Origin: Cyanidioschyzon merolae
Lineage: Eukaryota
Direction: 5' to 3' (one strand)
Assembly: GCA_000091205.1 (NCBI GenBank)
Contig: AP006492.2
DNA length: 64,000 nucleotides
The notes under the pieces: generated by a model
Databases searched by the model: none
The model's input: only the letters and a program-made list of their open reading frames with translations
What the model was told of the DNA's origin: nothing
Shown: piece after piece, positions 30,201 through 42,497 of the stretch
How the letters are laid out: every line of letters starts with the position of its first letter
Position numbering within the stretch: the first letter of the stretch is position 1
Program-made: the position numbers and the translations under genes

Positions 30201-33200
30201 CGAGGGCGACTAAATCCGTTGAGCAAGTGCATCCAAAGGCCGAGCAAGCTCGTTCGTCCTTTGCCTCCACACTATCGTTCGCTGAGTAGCGTCATTGCGA
30301 CGAGCACTCCCCGCGGCACACGACCTCCTTCTCCGCGTCATACATGGACTCTAAATGTCTGTAATGCTTTCGCTGATTGGACAGAAATGCAGACAAGCCA
30401 GGTACGCAATGAGCGGCAGAATTGACGGCCCCGGCCCCGCAGAGCACGATGCATGCGCTCTTAGTACGCTGCAAAGACTGGCGACCTGAGACCTCCAGCG
30501 CAAACGAGATTGGAGGCTTGTAGGTGTTCGCGAACCCAAGCGAGCGCTGCCCAGATGCTTGCTGTCGCTCGAGGCCCGCACCCCTGATACGTAGAAGGGT
30601 GTGCACGATCGGTCTAGCAGCGAAAGCATTGCGTCCGAACCGCGCTCAGTGAGGCCGCCAGCCAGCGGGTACGCAACCAGTTATACGCAGGACCTCCAAC
30701 GATCACCGCAAATTCCATGCATGAGATGAGAGAGCTCCGGCGTTCTACTTCGTGTTCGGATATAGCGGCCAAGAGAAGCACCAAAGATGCTGCACATGAA
30801 GAGACGCCTTAGCGCGCACGCAAGTTGGCCAGCGGATCCGTCCGCGTTTGCAAAGTAGCTGATAGCGTCGCGACGCTTTTCGAAGCCGCTCCAGTAGACG
30901 CAAGGTCCCTAGCGAAGAATGCCCTATGGCTACTCGGGAGACATGAATCTCCGGGAGGCACACTAGCCAAGAGGCTTGCTCATTCACGTACTCAGCGAAA
31001 AGAAAACAAACTGCCCGCGTTCAGCGCAAGCTCATGGTTTTCGCAGCGATCGCGTTTCGCGTATCGTCAACGTGCATTCCGCAACGGTAGTGACCCGCCA
31101 CCACTCCTGTTACCGCTCTCAAGGCGAGCTTCACAACTGTTGCTTGTCGGGTATCGTACGCGACCGCACCGGAACGACCTGGGACTGACTGCTGACAAGT
31201 CCATAAGCTCAATGGCCGGAACTCTTCAAATGGTGAGTCTCTCGAAGTTCACCCCATACATGAACACGCAATTGTCGTCTCCCAGGGTCCGATCCCGCAT
31301 TCGATGCTTCTGTGCAGCTCGAGCACATCACTCGATCCAGCCCTGCAATCGGGCAATAGTTTCCAGACAGTCCAGTATTACCTCCTGTTGCTCTTCTGCC
31401 TTCGCATCAGACTCCAAGAGCGCCCGGAAACGTGCCGTGGGGCGTGTCTCGGCGAAACGTCGGCGACATTGTGGAGGCTTCTCATGAAAAACCACAGCGC
31501 TAGCGACGCTCTCCGATATATTGGATTGTGCAGCAGCACTCCCAGGCCTATTTCTCTCGAAGCATGCCTCGTTTCCCGGTAAAACGTCACGCGAACTTGA
31601 GGGCTGACCAATAGAGCTCGCGGGCCCCGCCCGCTCCCTGGGGGTTACCGACGAAGACGTGCTGGCAGCCTCAGTCGAGTTCCGCGCTGCTGCTTCACTA
31701 GTCTCTGCGTCGAGACGTGGCCACCGCCGCCGACGCTCCCTGAGATACGCATCCAGCACCTCAGGTGGTGCGTCTCTGGTTGGAGGCTGAGGCATCGTCC
31801 CGCCGGCGCCGTGTGGCTTGCGGCCTGGAGGCCACCACTGCGGACCAGCGCCTCCGGCACAGCCCCGTCGCCAGCGCTGCTGTAACCCGCTCTCCGTGGG
31901 CATACGGAGCGGTCTCCGAACTTAACAAGGGCCAATACACGCCTTACGAGATCCACGGACGACCCTGAGGCGGCAAGTCTCGTCCAAGGCGACTGCTGGT
32001 CATGGAAAACTGCTCCGGCGGAATCACACGTTTGCGTCAACGAACCGCCGTATAGATTGCAAAGCAAGCGTCACCTCGGCGTTACCTAGGAAAGCAACGT
32101 CTGACTGTAAACGGGTTTCTTTCTGGCGGGCCGTTTCCGACCTGCCAACAGCGCTAACGAACGAAAATCTATAGCGTTGCTGTTGCGGCAGGATCTATGC
32201 ACCTCTTTCGTAGATGGGATGGAGCCTCTTTCATGACCTCTTCATGGGCTTTCCGTTCAAATTGTTCTGCAACAAGGTACGTTGAGCAGCAGAAGATGGA
32301 CTTCAATATGCAGTGTACTCTATAGATCGTAGAAGAATTGCTTGTAGGATACACATTCTTTCCTGAAGAGTTCCAGGAGAACTCGAATTCTCCTTCGGAT
32401 GAGTCTTAACACAGTACACAGATGCGTGATTCACACGGAAAGAAAGAATCAGATGCGCTCCGCTCCAGAAACCGATATTTTCAGAGACTTTTTGAGGTCA
32501 CTGGTAGAGAACAACTGATTGATCGCTATAGAGAAAACCCGAGCGGCGAGCATGGACACCACGGGAGTCTCTGTTTCTCAACAGCTCGTTCCCGGGATCC
32601 TGAAAACACTGGGATACAGTCGGAAAAATGAATCCTATTTCAAGCACGGCCGTCTTGCACGGAAATCGCAACGGTAGCATTCCTGGAAAGCCGCTATCCG
32701 GAGAAAGCACCGGAACGTCGGTTTGTTTTTCAGTCGATGACACTTGCTTCGGATGAAACGGTCAGAACGTATATTGGTAATCGCGGAGACAGAGCATGTT
32801 ATCTGTACGAGTGAGCTCGAAGAGAACAAAGATATCATCATCGATTCTAGCTAGAGTGGATACACTCGGCGGCGTCAGTCGCGCTCGTGGAGCAGGCTCG
32901 CTCGACAGCACCCATTGGCCTAATAATTGAATACTTTTCACCTGAGGTCTGGTGACGTCCTTCTATTGAACAACGTAGCATTTCGCCATCCACTTGCGGT
33001 TGGGATTCTGCCGATTCGATCAAGGGTTAGAGTAGCTTTCCATTCCTGCGCACACTCCATGTTTCAACCCTATTGCATGAGTGTTTTCTATTGTGAATCC
33101 TATTGATCGCTTCAGTGGGCAAATCGCAAAATCGCTCTGTACAGGGTGACACTCTGGCACATGGTGTCTTTCATCCGCATTGACCATCTCCTCCGGCAAG

Positions 33201-33229
33201 GCCCTCATATAAGGGTATATAGAAGCGCG

Positions 33230-33660
33230 TTCATTTCCAAAAAAAAAATAAGGAATGAGCCGCAGTGCGCACTTCAGTAGGCCGAGATGGAGCGCCGGCA
33301 GCCAAGCGCATCGGTAATAGAGAAGCACGCAGAGCTGACAGAGCCCCAAATGGTACTAATGGCACGAGTTCGAGGAATCGGTGTACTGATGAGTTCCATT
33401 AGAGGCAATGCACGCATGGAATTCATAAACCGAGGCGTCAACGCCGCCACCAACATCAGGAGATGTTCAGCGCTCCAGACGAGACCTGCGGAGCATTCGC
33501 GAGCGAACGTTATCGTGATGCTTCTCAGGCTCCAAGTTTGCATGGAGAAACTGTAACCGATAGCAGGGAGCCGGTAAAAAAGGCTGAAAGGCGTCTGGGC
33601 ATACCTATTAATTTCCATTAGATGCTCGTGAAACGTTGTCGCTCCATCGGGCATATTCCA
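33230..33660 (+). mobile_element. Short 3'-end derivative of the Fanzor-like element (fragment D)
   Basis: ORF 33287-33556 encodes ...TEPQMVLMARVRGIGVLMSSIRGNARMEFINRGVNAATNIRRC, a decayed RuvC-III NAAINI region, followed by a diverged ggcgtctg block. It shares a subfamily-specific sequence and the same 5' breakpoint (...cacttcag(t/a)aggccgagatgg) with fragment E. Confidence 0.5.
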
Positions 33661-34809
33661 AGATAGATACTTTTTACTCATACGTTTGATATCAGGGCCA
33701 GGGGTCGTTTACACAGCGGTGCGACGTTCATCTGCAAGACGATATACGTCGATGCTCGCAAAGTGCTTCAGAAAGCGCTGCACAAAAGCGCATAGCGAGT
33801 CTGAACGTTGACGATGAAGTCGTCAGCGGCACCTGTCCGCAAAGGCCACGACACCCAAGTAACATGGACGACAAAACGCTTCAGGAGCCAGCCATCTGCA
33901 AAAATCTCTGTTCCTCGAACGTCTCCTGAGTGCTCTGCCCGACAGCAGAACAGGCGACAACCAGTACCCTGATGGGATTCATTGCGGAAACATAGGTACA
34001 TTGTCGCCGCCAAGGCATTCTGAGGTGCAATGAGCGAGGTGCGTTGTCTGACAAGCGTTTGCAAGACAAAAGTTGTGCATGCGAACGCCTCGAATGCTAC
34101 CGTCTACGTGCCCGCCTCATTCGAAGACTCGGCATACGCTAGTCGCAACGTGTCCAATACGGTACACGCACCGCGTTTATCATGTTGGCACTGCCGCTGT
34201 CCCGAAGCTGTCGTCTCGAACGAGGCGTCTGTAGTGATTCCTCGTGGTACGCGGCACCCGTCTGCATACGCGTAGCAGCTGCTGGCGCAATCCATGGGCA
34301 CTCGAAGTGGATTCCCTCCAAAAGATGCAGGATATCACGATCATGCACCGTACTAGACGTATGGGCATCGGGAAGTGCTGTATCTACGGCCGAAGCGGCA
34401 CTGTACGAGACCGTAACACCATGAGCACAGGTTCTGGGAGGAATACTCGTCCGGAATCTATGCAAATTCGGAGGTGCAGTGCAATGAAACTCCAAAGATT
34501 TTCAGATCTTTATGCGTTGCTCGGGACGCCTGCGCTTCACTAGATCCCGGCTTTCGGGGCGTTAACGCGCCATCAGTTTTCTCGGTCCACGATGCATCAA
34601 GCGTCTCTCGACGACAGCAGACTACAGCGTGATCCAGGCCCGCGCACAGACTGCGGGGCAAGAGCAGCTCTGTTCCAGAGTTGCTAGGCTGAAAACACGC
34701 ACCACCAGGCGCGAGAGCACGAACTACGTTTTTCCATTAGAGCCCACCGCATCCGAACGAATATACGTCGCCATTACTAGTGCATACTGCTCGCAAAATG
34801 CAGATGGTG

Positions 34810-35946
34810 CTAAGGCGATTCCGCACTTCGCATTGCAAGCTTGTACTGTGCATGCCGCAGCTGTCGGACAACAGGGGCGCGGGCGCACCACATAGCTCCG
34901 TATGATGGAATTTTCACGCTGGGATCCGAGCTGAACCGGTGCGGATGCGGCGTCTGGTCGTCGCCAAGTGGCTGACACAAAAAGCCACGCACGACGAGGT
35001 ACGGTACCACTTCACGATACACTGGTGTATAACTATTCACCTCGAGTACGAGATGGTCGACCTTTTGGAGCCACCGCTGTCCAAGCGAGCGTAACGCATT
35101 CATATCATGGCCTTCGACGTCGATCTTCATGAAGAATATACCCTGGATGCGTTCGCCGCTCTGGCGCTGCCAACGATCCAGTAGTGTGTCAAGGCGAATG
35201 CTCTCCACTGATATAGACTGAACGGTGTCCTCAGAGTCATCCGCAGACTTAATATGTGCCATGCCAATGTTGCCCTCGTAGCGAGCGTAATGCACGTCCT
35301 TGCTTGGCTTTTCATCGATGGCATACTGGTGGATAGTCAGACGCTGAGCAATGGCAGTATTGAGGCGCGCGGAAAGGGCGACAGTAGCGGCGACATCTGG
35401 TTGCATCTCAAAGCTGTGCACCCGATGACCGAGCGCTGCCGCGAAGAGCGCAAACGATCCATAGTTCATACCGACGTCCATGACAATCTTGCCACGGCCG
35501 GCGGTCGGCTTCGATAGCCGTCGAACCAACGTAAAGACATTGTGCACGAACTCTCGGTCCCAGAAACCCCCATTACTCAGCATGCTGTCGCAAACGAGAT
35601 CAGGAGTCACGCACAGGAATGTATACGGATTGGGACGCTCTGTTGCGGGGAGCTCGGTGTCGTTTTCGGGCACATATCGGCCGAGCCGGTACTGCGACCA
35701 GCGCTCATTCGGTAAGCCCAAGAGGTACTTGAACGATTGCGTCTCCGAGTTGCTGATAATATTTCTGATCGCACGCGCGTCTACATACTCAGAGAGACGA
35801 TCTCTCGAGCTCGCCGTCAGCTGAGACGCTGGGAAGACCGCAAGCAGAAATACAACGGAGAACAAAACAAAAAACGAAAGCGCCTGGCGGTGCCACCTGC
35901 TGCGGTTCTTGCGGTAAGTTCGAAGCAAGATTTCCAAAATATTCAT
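34810..35946 (-). CDS. FkbM-family methyltransferase with N-terminal signal-anchor (type II membrane topology likely)
   Basis: 378 aa. Hydrophobic N-terminal segment ALSFFVLFSVVFLLAVF. The FkbM core VMDVGMNYGSFALFAAALGHRVHSFEM (SAM-binding motif I-like) ... FFMKIDVEGHDMNAL ... LVLEVNS. Confidence 0.65.
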   Translation of the reverse strand: MNILEILLRTYRKNRSRWHRQALSFFVLFSVVFLLAVFPASQLTASSRDRLSEYVDARAIRNIISNSETQSFKYLLGLPNERWSQYRLGRYVPENDTELPATERPNPYTFLCVTPDLVCDSMLSNGGFWDREFVHNVFTLVRRLSKPTAGRGKIVMDVGMNYGSFALFAAALGHRVHSFEMQPDVAATVALSARLNTAIAQRLTIHQYAIDEKPSKDVHYARYEGNIGMAHIKSADDSEDTVQSISVESIRLDTLLDRWQRQSGERIQGIFFMKIDVEGHDMNALRSLGQRWLQKVDHLVLEVNSYTPVYREVVPYLVVRGFLCQPLGDDQTPHPHRFSSDPSVKIPSYGAMWCARAPVVRQLRHAQYKLAMRSAESP

Positions 35947-36076
35947 GCCTGCGCACGAAAAGTGCCGAAGAAGTACAAAATGTTGACTCCGAAAAACGTC
36001 AATCCAAAAGTTGCAACGTGAGCATGCTCAGAGCTCCGCTGTGCGATGCAACGCAGCACTGCCGCCCGGTGCATGC

Positions 36077-36392
36077 GTTCCAGTCCGTGCGGTAAAATCG
36101 ATGCGGTAAGCAACATATTATGAGACACGAGTGGACAGTAATGGATCGATTGCCTTGCATGCCGTGCGGTAAGATTGATGCGGTAAGTATCCAATTATGG
36201 GACAAGAATGGTCAATAATCGATCGATCATGATGCATGTCGTGCGGTAAGCTTGATGCGGTAAGTATCCTATTATGAGACACTAGTGAACGACCATCCAT
36301 AGATTGCCTTGCATGTCGTGCGGTAGGAACGATGTGGTTAGCATCATATTATGAGACAATCATGATCAATAATCGATCGATCACCTCGCACG
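36077..36392. repeat. Tandem repeat, about 80-bp subunits x4 (alternating two subunit types, effectively ~160 bp x2), in the 5' flank of the FkbM methyltransferase gene
   Basis: Recurrent gtgcggtaag(a/c)ttgatgcggtaag(t/c)a...attatgagaca... with the alternating blocks ggatcgattgccttgcatg and gtcaataatcgatcgatca. It generates the spurious overlapping ORFs 35943-36300. Confidence 0.8.
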
Positions 36393-37575
36393 CTAACAAG
36401 AGCACACTTCTCACAGACACGCACATCCCGCAGCTGGCAACTATACAGTAACACCAAAGCGATACTGGATTTGCATATCGCTACAGACGCGTACCGATAC
36501 CTGTCTTGGACTCAAAAGGATAATGTATTCTTGAGCAGAAGCGGATTCAATGGGAATCAATCCTGTTTCCGTACCAGGATGCCCTCTGCGCTGTACGAGC
36601 GCCTCGAAAGCATGTTCCCGCGGCGCAGAAGCGCGCCTGCGCAAGGCGATCAACGAGGGCGAGGTTGTCCAGTGGCCACCAGCTGTCGCGAAATTCAGCA
36701 CGCGTCCACGCGACTGTGTGGATCACGTGCCCGACTTCGTGCGTCGTGGCATTCCTGGTAATGCATCTGTGCTTGATACCATGCGCGTACATACATGAAA
36801 GTGCTTCATCTCGACGTTGCACCCAGAGCACGGGAGCCTGTGTCCTTGGCGCAGCACGGACCGGAGACGCAACCGTTCCAGGCGCCTCGTTGTCACAGAT
36901 GCAGCTCGAGCGCACGCGTCGGCTCATGCATGCGCAATGGAGAGCATCTCGAATACGTGCAAACGGCATACCAGCAACGAATTAAGATGCAACGGGTGCG
37001 CGGAAACTCGGCAACTGCAACGAGGGCGCCTTGCGCATGGATACAGTCGCACGGGGTGCGCTCCTGGAAATGGTATCCTAGAGCGCGCACCGTGCATTGC
37101 CAGCGTTGCCTAAACTCAACGTTTTCAGAGCAATTACTCCCTAGCTGCATGCAGCTACCAGCATGCCTCTTCGGAACACCGGCCTCTGCTCGACATCGCA
37201 TCATTTACCTCGGTGGTACCAGTTCAAAGTTCTCGGGCGGTGTTGCTCAAGAACGACTGCCGCCGGAAGTCCACGCTGCTGCAAGATTCGTGACCGTTCC
37301 TCTGTAGATGCTCTGAAAGAACGGGCGCGTCATCATAGAACATTCAAAATCATGCCAGTATCGCCAAATGGACGCCAAACCGCCTACCAGTACTGGGGAC
37401 GCATTGGAGCACCAGAGGCTTGATCAGCCCCGGACGTGTACGTCAACATCGCGCTGACGTGAGCATCGCATACCTGGGTGGACGCAAAACGCCCGGATCG
37501 TGGTGACCATGTCTCCAGATAAACCGATGCGACTTCAAGTCCGCAGCCTAAATACGCGATTCATGATGCATACGA

Positions 37576-38412
37576 TTAAACAATACGCTCCAGACCGCGT
37601 ATATACTCCATGGTGCGACTGACGGCTTCTTTCGCCAGCAGATATTGTGATGGTGCTTCCCTAATGTGATCTGAAGCGATGAAATGCACAGTCTCGTTTT
37701 GAACGACGTACTGCGTACAATCAAGCACACGTGCCAGCAGAGCGGGCACCTGTTCGACCGGCAAAGCTGCCATGCTCGCCAATTCTTCAAGCGTGACATG
37801 CGCATAGGCCTCCGCCCAACTCGTCACCATCTCCTGGATTGTCGTCTCCCGCAGAAGCTCGATAAAAGGCAACCACTCCGCACCTGCCTCAATGTGGAGG
37901 ATTTTCTGATAGCTGCCTTCCGTAAGCGCCTGCTCCACCTGAAAAGGAAAAAGCACGTATGGGTTCTGTTGCGGCTCTGTGGTAGGCAGCAGCTCCAACT
38001 CCATATGGTACTCTGCCAACCTGTTTTGTGCCAAGAGTCGCATCAGATTGAGTCCAACTAGGAGGTCGCGATGTGGCGACTGAATACCGGCTTGCCTGTC
38101 CAGCTCGTAGAGTGGCATTAGCTGCTGGATGTGACGCTCCATTGCCGCCCAGTCGCGTTCCATGACGGCGAGTCGCACACATAGTTCGTGAAACGTGCGC
38201 TCTGCCAGATGATCACCAACTCGGCGAAGCACCAGCTCTCTCTTTAGACTCGTGACCAGGTGATCGGCCTGCTGCTTCTCGGGCCCGCTGAGCGTACCAC
38301 GCTCCACCAAAACCTGCAAATCATGCAGGCTCGTAGTCACCGAAGCTGCTGCTGCTGCTGCTGCAGGTGAATCTGAGCCCGGCACGCCGTCCGTCATCGA
38401 TTCTGGTCTCAT
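37576..38412 (-). CDS. RPN12: 26S proteasome lid subunit Rpn12 (PSMD8), PCI/CSN8 family
   Basis: 278 aa. LLVGLNLMRLLAQNRLAEYHMELELLP, LTEGSYQKIL and the C-terminus ...EYIRGLERIV align closely with human PSMD8 ([26 protein letters not shown] ... LMEGSYNKVF ... EYARQLEMIV). Confidence 0.85.
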   Translation of the reverse strand: MRPESMTDGVPGSDSPAAAAAAASVTTSLHDLQVLVERGTLSGPEKQQADHLVTSLKRELVLRRVGDHLAERTFHELCVRLAVMERDWAAMERHIQQLMPLYELDRQAGIQSPHRDLLVGLNLMRLLAQNRLAEYHMELELLPTTEPQQNPYVLFPFQVEQALTEGSYQKILHIEAGAEWLPFIELLRETTIQEMVTSWAEAYAHVTLEELASMAALPVEQVPALLARVLDCTQYVVQNETVHFIASDHIREAPSQYLLAKEAVSRTMEYIRGLERIV

Positions 38413-39190
38413 GCCGTCAGCCTAGTGTGGTACAAGCGAATGAGCAGCAAAAGAGAAACAGGGATGCGAACGTATTTTCGAAACGCGCGCGTTCGCTAGC
38501 ACTTGGAGTACAGCCCACAGTTCTCCGATCTCGCTGTCTGGTAACACTGTTGTCCTTGCCGCGCCGGCGATGCGTGCGCTCCCTGCCTTGGGTCCGTCGA
38601 GAAGCGTACCAGTTGCGCACTTCTCTCGCTTACGCACCGTAGATGCGCTGCGCGTTGTAACAAAATGAGACGCGCCAGCCACAACGACTTGTTCTGCACC
38701 AAGAGTCTCTGAAACGCTGTGCAGCCCAGACCTAAACGACACCGGTTTTGGGCTCGCTCGCACTTGCGTTTACCTGCGTTTGCGTTTCGTCAACACCACC
38801 GCGAACGCAGAGCGTTTCAGCGACGGGAGCCGCGGCTCTGGTGTCGCGCGTTCCATGCAAGGGTGCATATGGGCGCTTTCTGTTTCCCGTGCATATCGAC
38901 CTGTGCAACACGTACAGTGTCCCATCGTAATGCAATGAATGTCTTGAATCATGTTGAATTGTCTGCTACATTGAAGCAGAGGGTGTTTCAGGATGGAGTC
39001 TCTTGAAAAATAAACCTATCCATATAGGGAACAAATTGTCCTCACGTGTCGCAACGAGTGACTTGCGCCACATGTACACAGCGTCCTATCGTCATGTAAC
39101 GAATATCTTGCAGAATGTCAATTAGTACGTTACATTGAAGCACCAGATTTTTAAAGGCTGAGCATCCCTGAAAAAAAATACGTACTTATT

Positions 39191-40705
39191 TTGCAAAACA
39201 AGCAGAGTACACTCCCGCAACTACCAACTTGCGCGATACCAGCGCTCAAGAAACAAGCACGATCGTACTCGCAGGGACGTTTTCTGTTCTGTTTGTGTGC
39301 CGTGCAACTTTACAACGAAAAAAGCCACTGGTTCACAGCCATCAAACTGTGCCGTATGCTAGGAACAGATCAGCGCATAAATTCTGATACATTGCTGCGA
39401 CGTGCTCCCAGGTTTTACTGTGGAAGCGGGTTCGTGTTTGCGGCGCTGCCGCCGTGGCTGGAGCCACGGACTGCGTGCAAGCACCGTGCCAGGTCGCCGG
39501 TACCACTGCAACGGCATCCGCGGCTGTTCCAGCGCTGCGGTACCTCAGTAAGTCGCCACGCTTTAATTACGCTCCGGGCGAAGAATGAACGACCGTCACC
39601 TCCGTGGCAGCTCATTCTATCGTTCGCGGCGCTCGTGGTGTTTGGTGCCCCACTTGTGAAGCCACTCGTGGATACGCTTGCGACGCACGTTGCACCGGGT
39701 TCTCAGGTGGCGTTAAGGACGTCTAGTGCACTGAGTGAAGAGGAAATTGCTGAAAAACTGCGCGTCATTCCTGTTTTCTGTGTTACGGACCGCGAAGGTC
39801 GACCGATTCTCACAGAAGTTGGGTCGGCGTCGAACACCCCGGCTGGTGCAGCGGCCCAGGCCGAGCTGGACGAACCCGAAACCTTGAGTGGTGCTCTAGG
39901 CTTGCTGGATATCGACTCGCAACAGCGAGTTCAAAAGCGGAGAGCAGGGCCTGCCACGGCGCACCGCATCGGCAGCTTTTACCTGAGCTATGACGATGCC
40001 TCGCGTTTCCTAGAACAGCTCTCGGAACGAAGCGCACAAGACAAGCAGAATCTCATTCGGGATGCTCGTATTGTCGTTGTTCCCCTCGATGAGGCGCTTA
40101 GCTTCGTGACGCCACGCGAAGGTGGCCGTGGCAAAGTGCCAGACCCGTCCGATGAGTTTCACCTTGTACCAAGTGAGCAGAGCGTGCGTTTTGCGGAGCG
40201 GGTGCTCAAAGCAAACGGGGCCCTAGGGGTGAATGCGCGCATACGAGGCGTCCCTCTGTTTACCATCCGCGGCTTTGCACTGCAGCGAGTCGTCGAGAAG
40301 GATGCTGGGGCGGGTTCAGAAGCGACCCAAGTATCTGAGACCGCGAACCTGTCAACCGAACCTTTGTTGCTCACACCAGTTTTCTTCACCCTGGATGATG
40401 TGCAGTTCGCATGGGATCGGTTGCGTCAAGTGAGCAATAATCAAGGAACCGCGCTGCCGTCGAAACTTCCTCTCGATCGAGTTTACGTAACGGATCTGCG
40501 TACGGTTATACAGGGAATGCGGCAAGGCTCGAGTGCCCTGGAACTCACCGACGGTAGCGCCGACTACCATTCCGTGGTGTTCTTGCCTTCGCGCTCCGCC
40601 ATGCCCGGAACACGCACGGATGCGAGCGGTTCGCAGCGTACAGACGCTCAGCCCGTTCTAGAAACGAGGGCTACCACTGAGCGCCATGATGGAGCCGGGC
40701 GCTAG
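39191..40705 (+). CDS. Tic22-like protein (plastid intermembrane-space import component family); start codon uncertain
   Basis: Four Tic22-type repeats: LRVIPVFCVTDREGRPIL, GSFYLSYDDASRFLEQL, RGVPLFTIRGFAL, LLTPVFFTLDDVQFAWDRL (compare Tic22 V-P-V-F-t-v and P-V-Y-F-s-x-e-D). The N-terminal ~190 aa of the ORF is probably 5' UTR or targeting sequence. Confidence 0.4.
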   Translation: MQNKQSTLPQLPTCAIPALKKQARSYSQGRFLFCLCAVQLYNEKSHWFTAIKLCRMLGTDQRINSDTLLRRAPRFYCGSGFVFAALPPWLEPRTACKHRARSPVPLQRHPRLFQRCGTSVSRHALITLRAKNERPSPPWQLILSFAALVVFGAPLVKPLVDTLATHVAPGSQVALRTSSALSEEEIAEKLRVIPVFCVTDREGRPILTEVGSASNTPAGAAAQAELDEPETLSGALGLLDIDSQQRVQKRRAGPATAHRIGSFYLSYDDASRFLEQLSERSAQDKQNLIRDARIVVVPLDEALSFVTPREGGRGKVPDPSDEFHLVPSEQSVRFAERVLKANGALGVNARIRGVPLFTIRGFALQRVVEKDAGAGSEATQVSETANLSTEPLLLTPVFFTLDDVQFAWDRLRQVSNNQGTALPSKLPLDRVYVTDLRTVIQGMRQGSSALELTDGSADYHSVVFLPSRSAMPGTRTDASGSQRTDAQPVLETRATTERHDGAGR

Positions 40706-42497
40706 AACCGCCTCGCGTGCCGCACAGAGCATCGGGACGCTGGATGGAATGTACGTTTTGCGGACGGGTGCTCCGTCTTGAACTCATACAACCAACATGT
40801 GGAACCGTCGTTTATCTTGCATGAAAGACGCAGAGTCATCTCCGAGCAGGTCGCTGAGCGTGTCATGCTCCAGAAAAACAGACTAGCTGGGACACTCGAC
40901 GGGACGAGCGTACCAGTCCCTGAGCTGGAAACGCGATCGCATCTTGTTTTATACATGAACGCCAGCGGCGACATATGGCAAATGTGGAGACTGTCGTGGT
41001 TTCGACCGTCTACGCAGCAGCACGCTGTATACCATAGCGGCAGCTTGTACCCTATCTTGAGCCGGACGAAAACGTACGCGCAACAAACGTAAACATTCCA
41101 GGGGTGTGTACCATCCGGTGCACATGCTTTCGCACGGCTTGCACGGAGACGAGCCTTAGGCGCCAAAGTGCGCTATGGTGCCTTACGGTACGCTAGCAGG
41201 TGCTCAATAACAGGATAAATGTGCACGTGTCATCAAGAGGTTCCTCAAGCTCCGCGAAGGTCAGGCAATCTCCGCTCCACTCGGGGATCGCCTGCGACAA
41301 GAGCGCAGCTCGGAGGCGCACGCTTTTCAAGGCGAAGCGCCTCCGGCCGGCATTTACCAAACTCAAAGGTTGCATAGATGCCAGCGCAATCGAGGGGAAC
41401 GTGCTACCAAGCTGGACTTCACGGCAGTGCACGTGTTCGGCAGCAAAGGCAACCACGAGCACCCGTCCGCGAACTGGGCGAAAACACGAAGGCAAGTACG
41501 CTTTTCGAACAGAAACTCGGATGCTTGGATGATGCCGGCTCCGTACCAACGCTCCATCACGTGTGCGTCGCTGCGCGGTCGATGAGACACCTGTCCATGA
41601 AGGCATGGAGCACTTCATGCGCCAGCGAACGCCACGATACAGCGAGATGAAGCGCGCGATCATGCGCACGAACAAGACGATCCGATGAGATTTGCCCTTG
41701 CGACAATATGGGATAAATTGATAACGCAGACGCCACGATCTGATGAGATTTGCCCTTGGGACAATGATGTACAAGCATGACATCGCATGAACGCAAACGC
41801 AACTTTTGGATGCCTGATATTGTGAACGATACGGCCGTACCAAGCAGCAGCAGCAGCAACCATTGCAAGTGACCTCTGTACACCCGCAATGAGTACGCAA
41901 CAGCCGCCAGTGGCAAAGGAACAACGCACTGTTGGGTATCGGGACGCTCCGTGCAAGTCGCAGTGCGAACTCATATACAGCAACGACCGCTGTCGCCTCT
42001 GCTGCAGGCCGGATAGAGCGTCCGATTCCTGTGCTGTCGCATGACGCTGCAGCCGCGAACGCGCCTACATCAGAAAGCCATGGCGGTTTTATGGATTGCG
42101 CTTCAGTCCGGAGCGCAACCGCGCCTCCTGGACAGATCACAGAATCATCGCTGGTGCCGGCTCAGCGTGTCCTGCTCATGACAGTAGCAACGACCATGGA
42201 CTCACAAGAATACAACCCAGTGAGTGTATAGCGTCGTCAGCTAGCAATCAGTTCAACATTTGCTGCGGAAACAGCGCACTTCATAAAGAGATGACCAGCA
42301 AAAGCGGTGCGCACGCGCTCACAAACATCGCTTCATCCCGGCGTTTGGCGTACGCCCGTGCACACCCGTGCAACGCGCTGCGTAACGATCTCAGTTGTGC
42401 AGGAATCCCAACAGCTTACTCGCTATCCTGCGAGTCCGGCTCCTGAATCAACAACACACAACTCAAAAAAGCAGCACAGGACGCGTTTCGTGAATCC

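Noticed and set aside
30825-31903. ORFs 30825-31487 (+, 220 aa) and 31328-31903 (-, 191 aa)
   Set aside because: They are mutually overlapping, Arg/Ser/Pro/Cys-rich, with no motifs. Not reported as genes.
41193-42140. 315-aa ORF on the minus strand (Cys/Arg-rich, includes CCCCC)
   Set aside because: It has no recognisable domain and the amino-acid composition of GC-rich non-coding DNA. It lies in the convergent 3' intergenic region between the Tic22-like and NOT2 genes and contains a short local duplication (tgagatttgcccttg(c/g)gacaat at about 41683 and 41735). Treated as non-coding.
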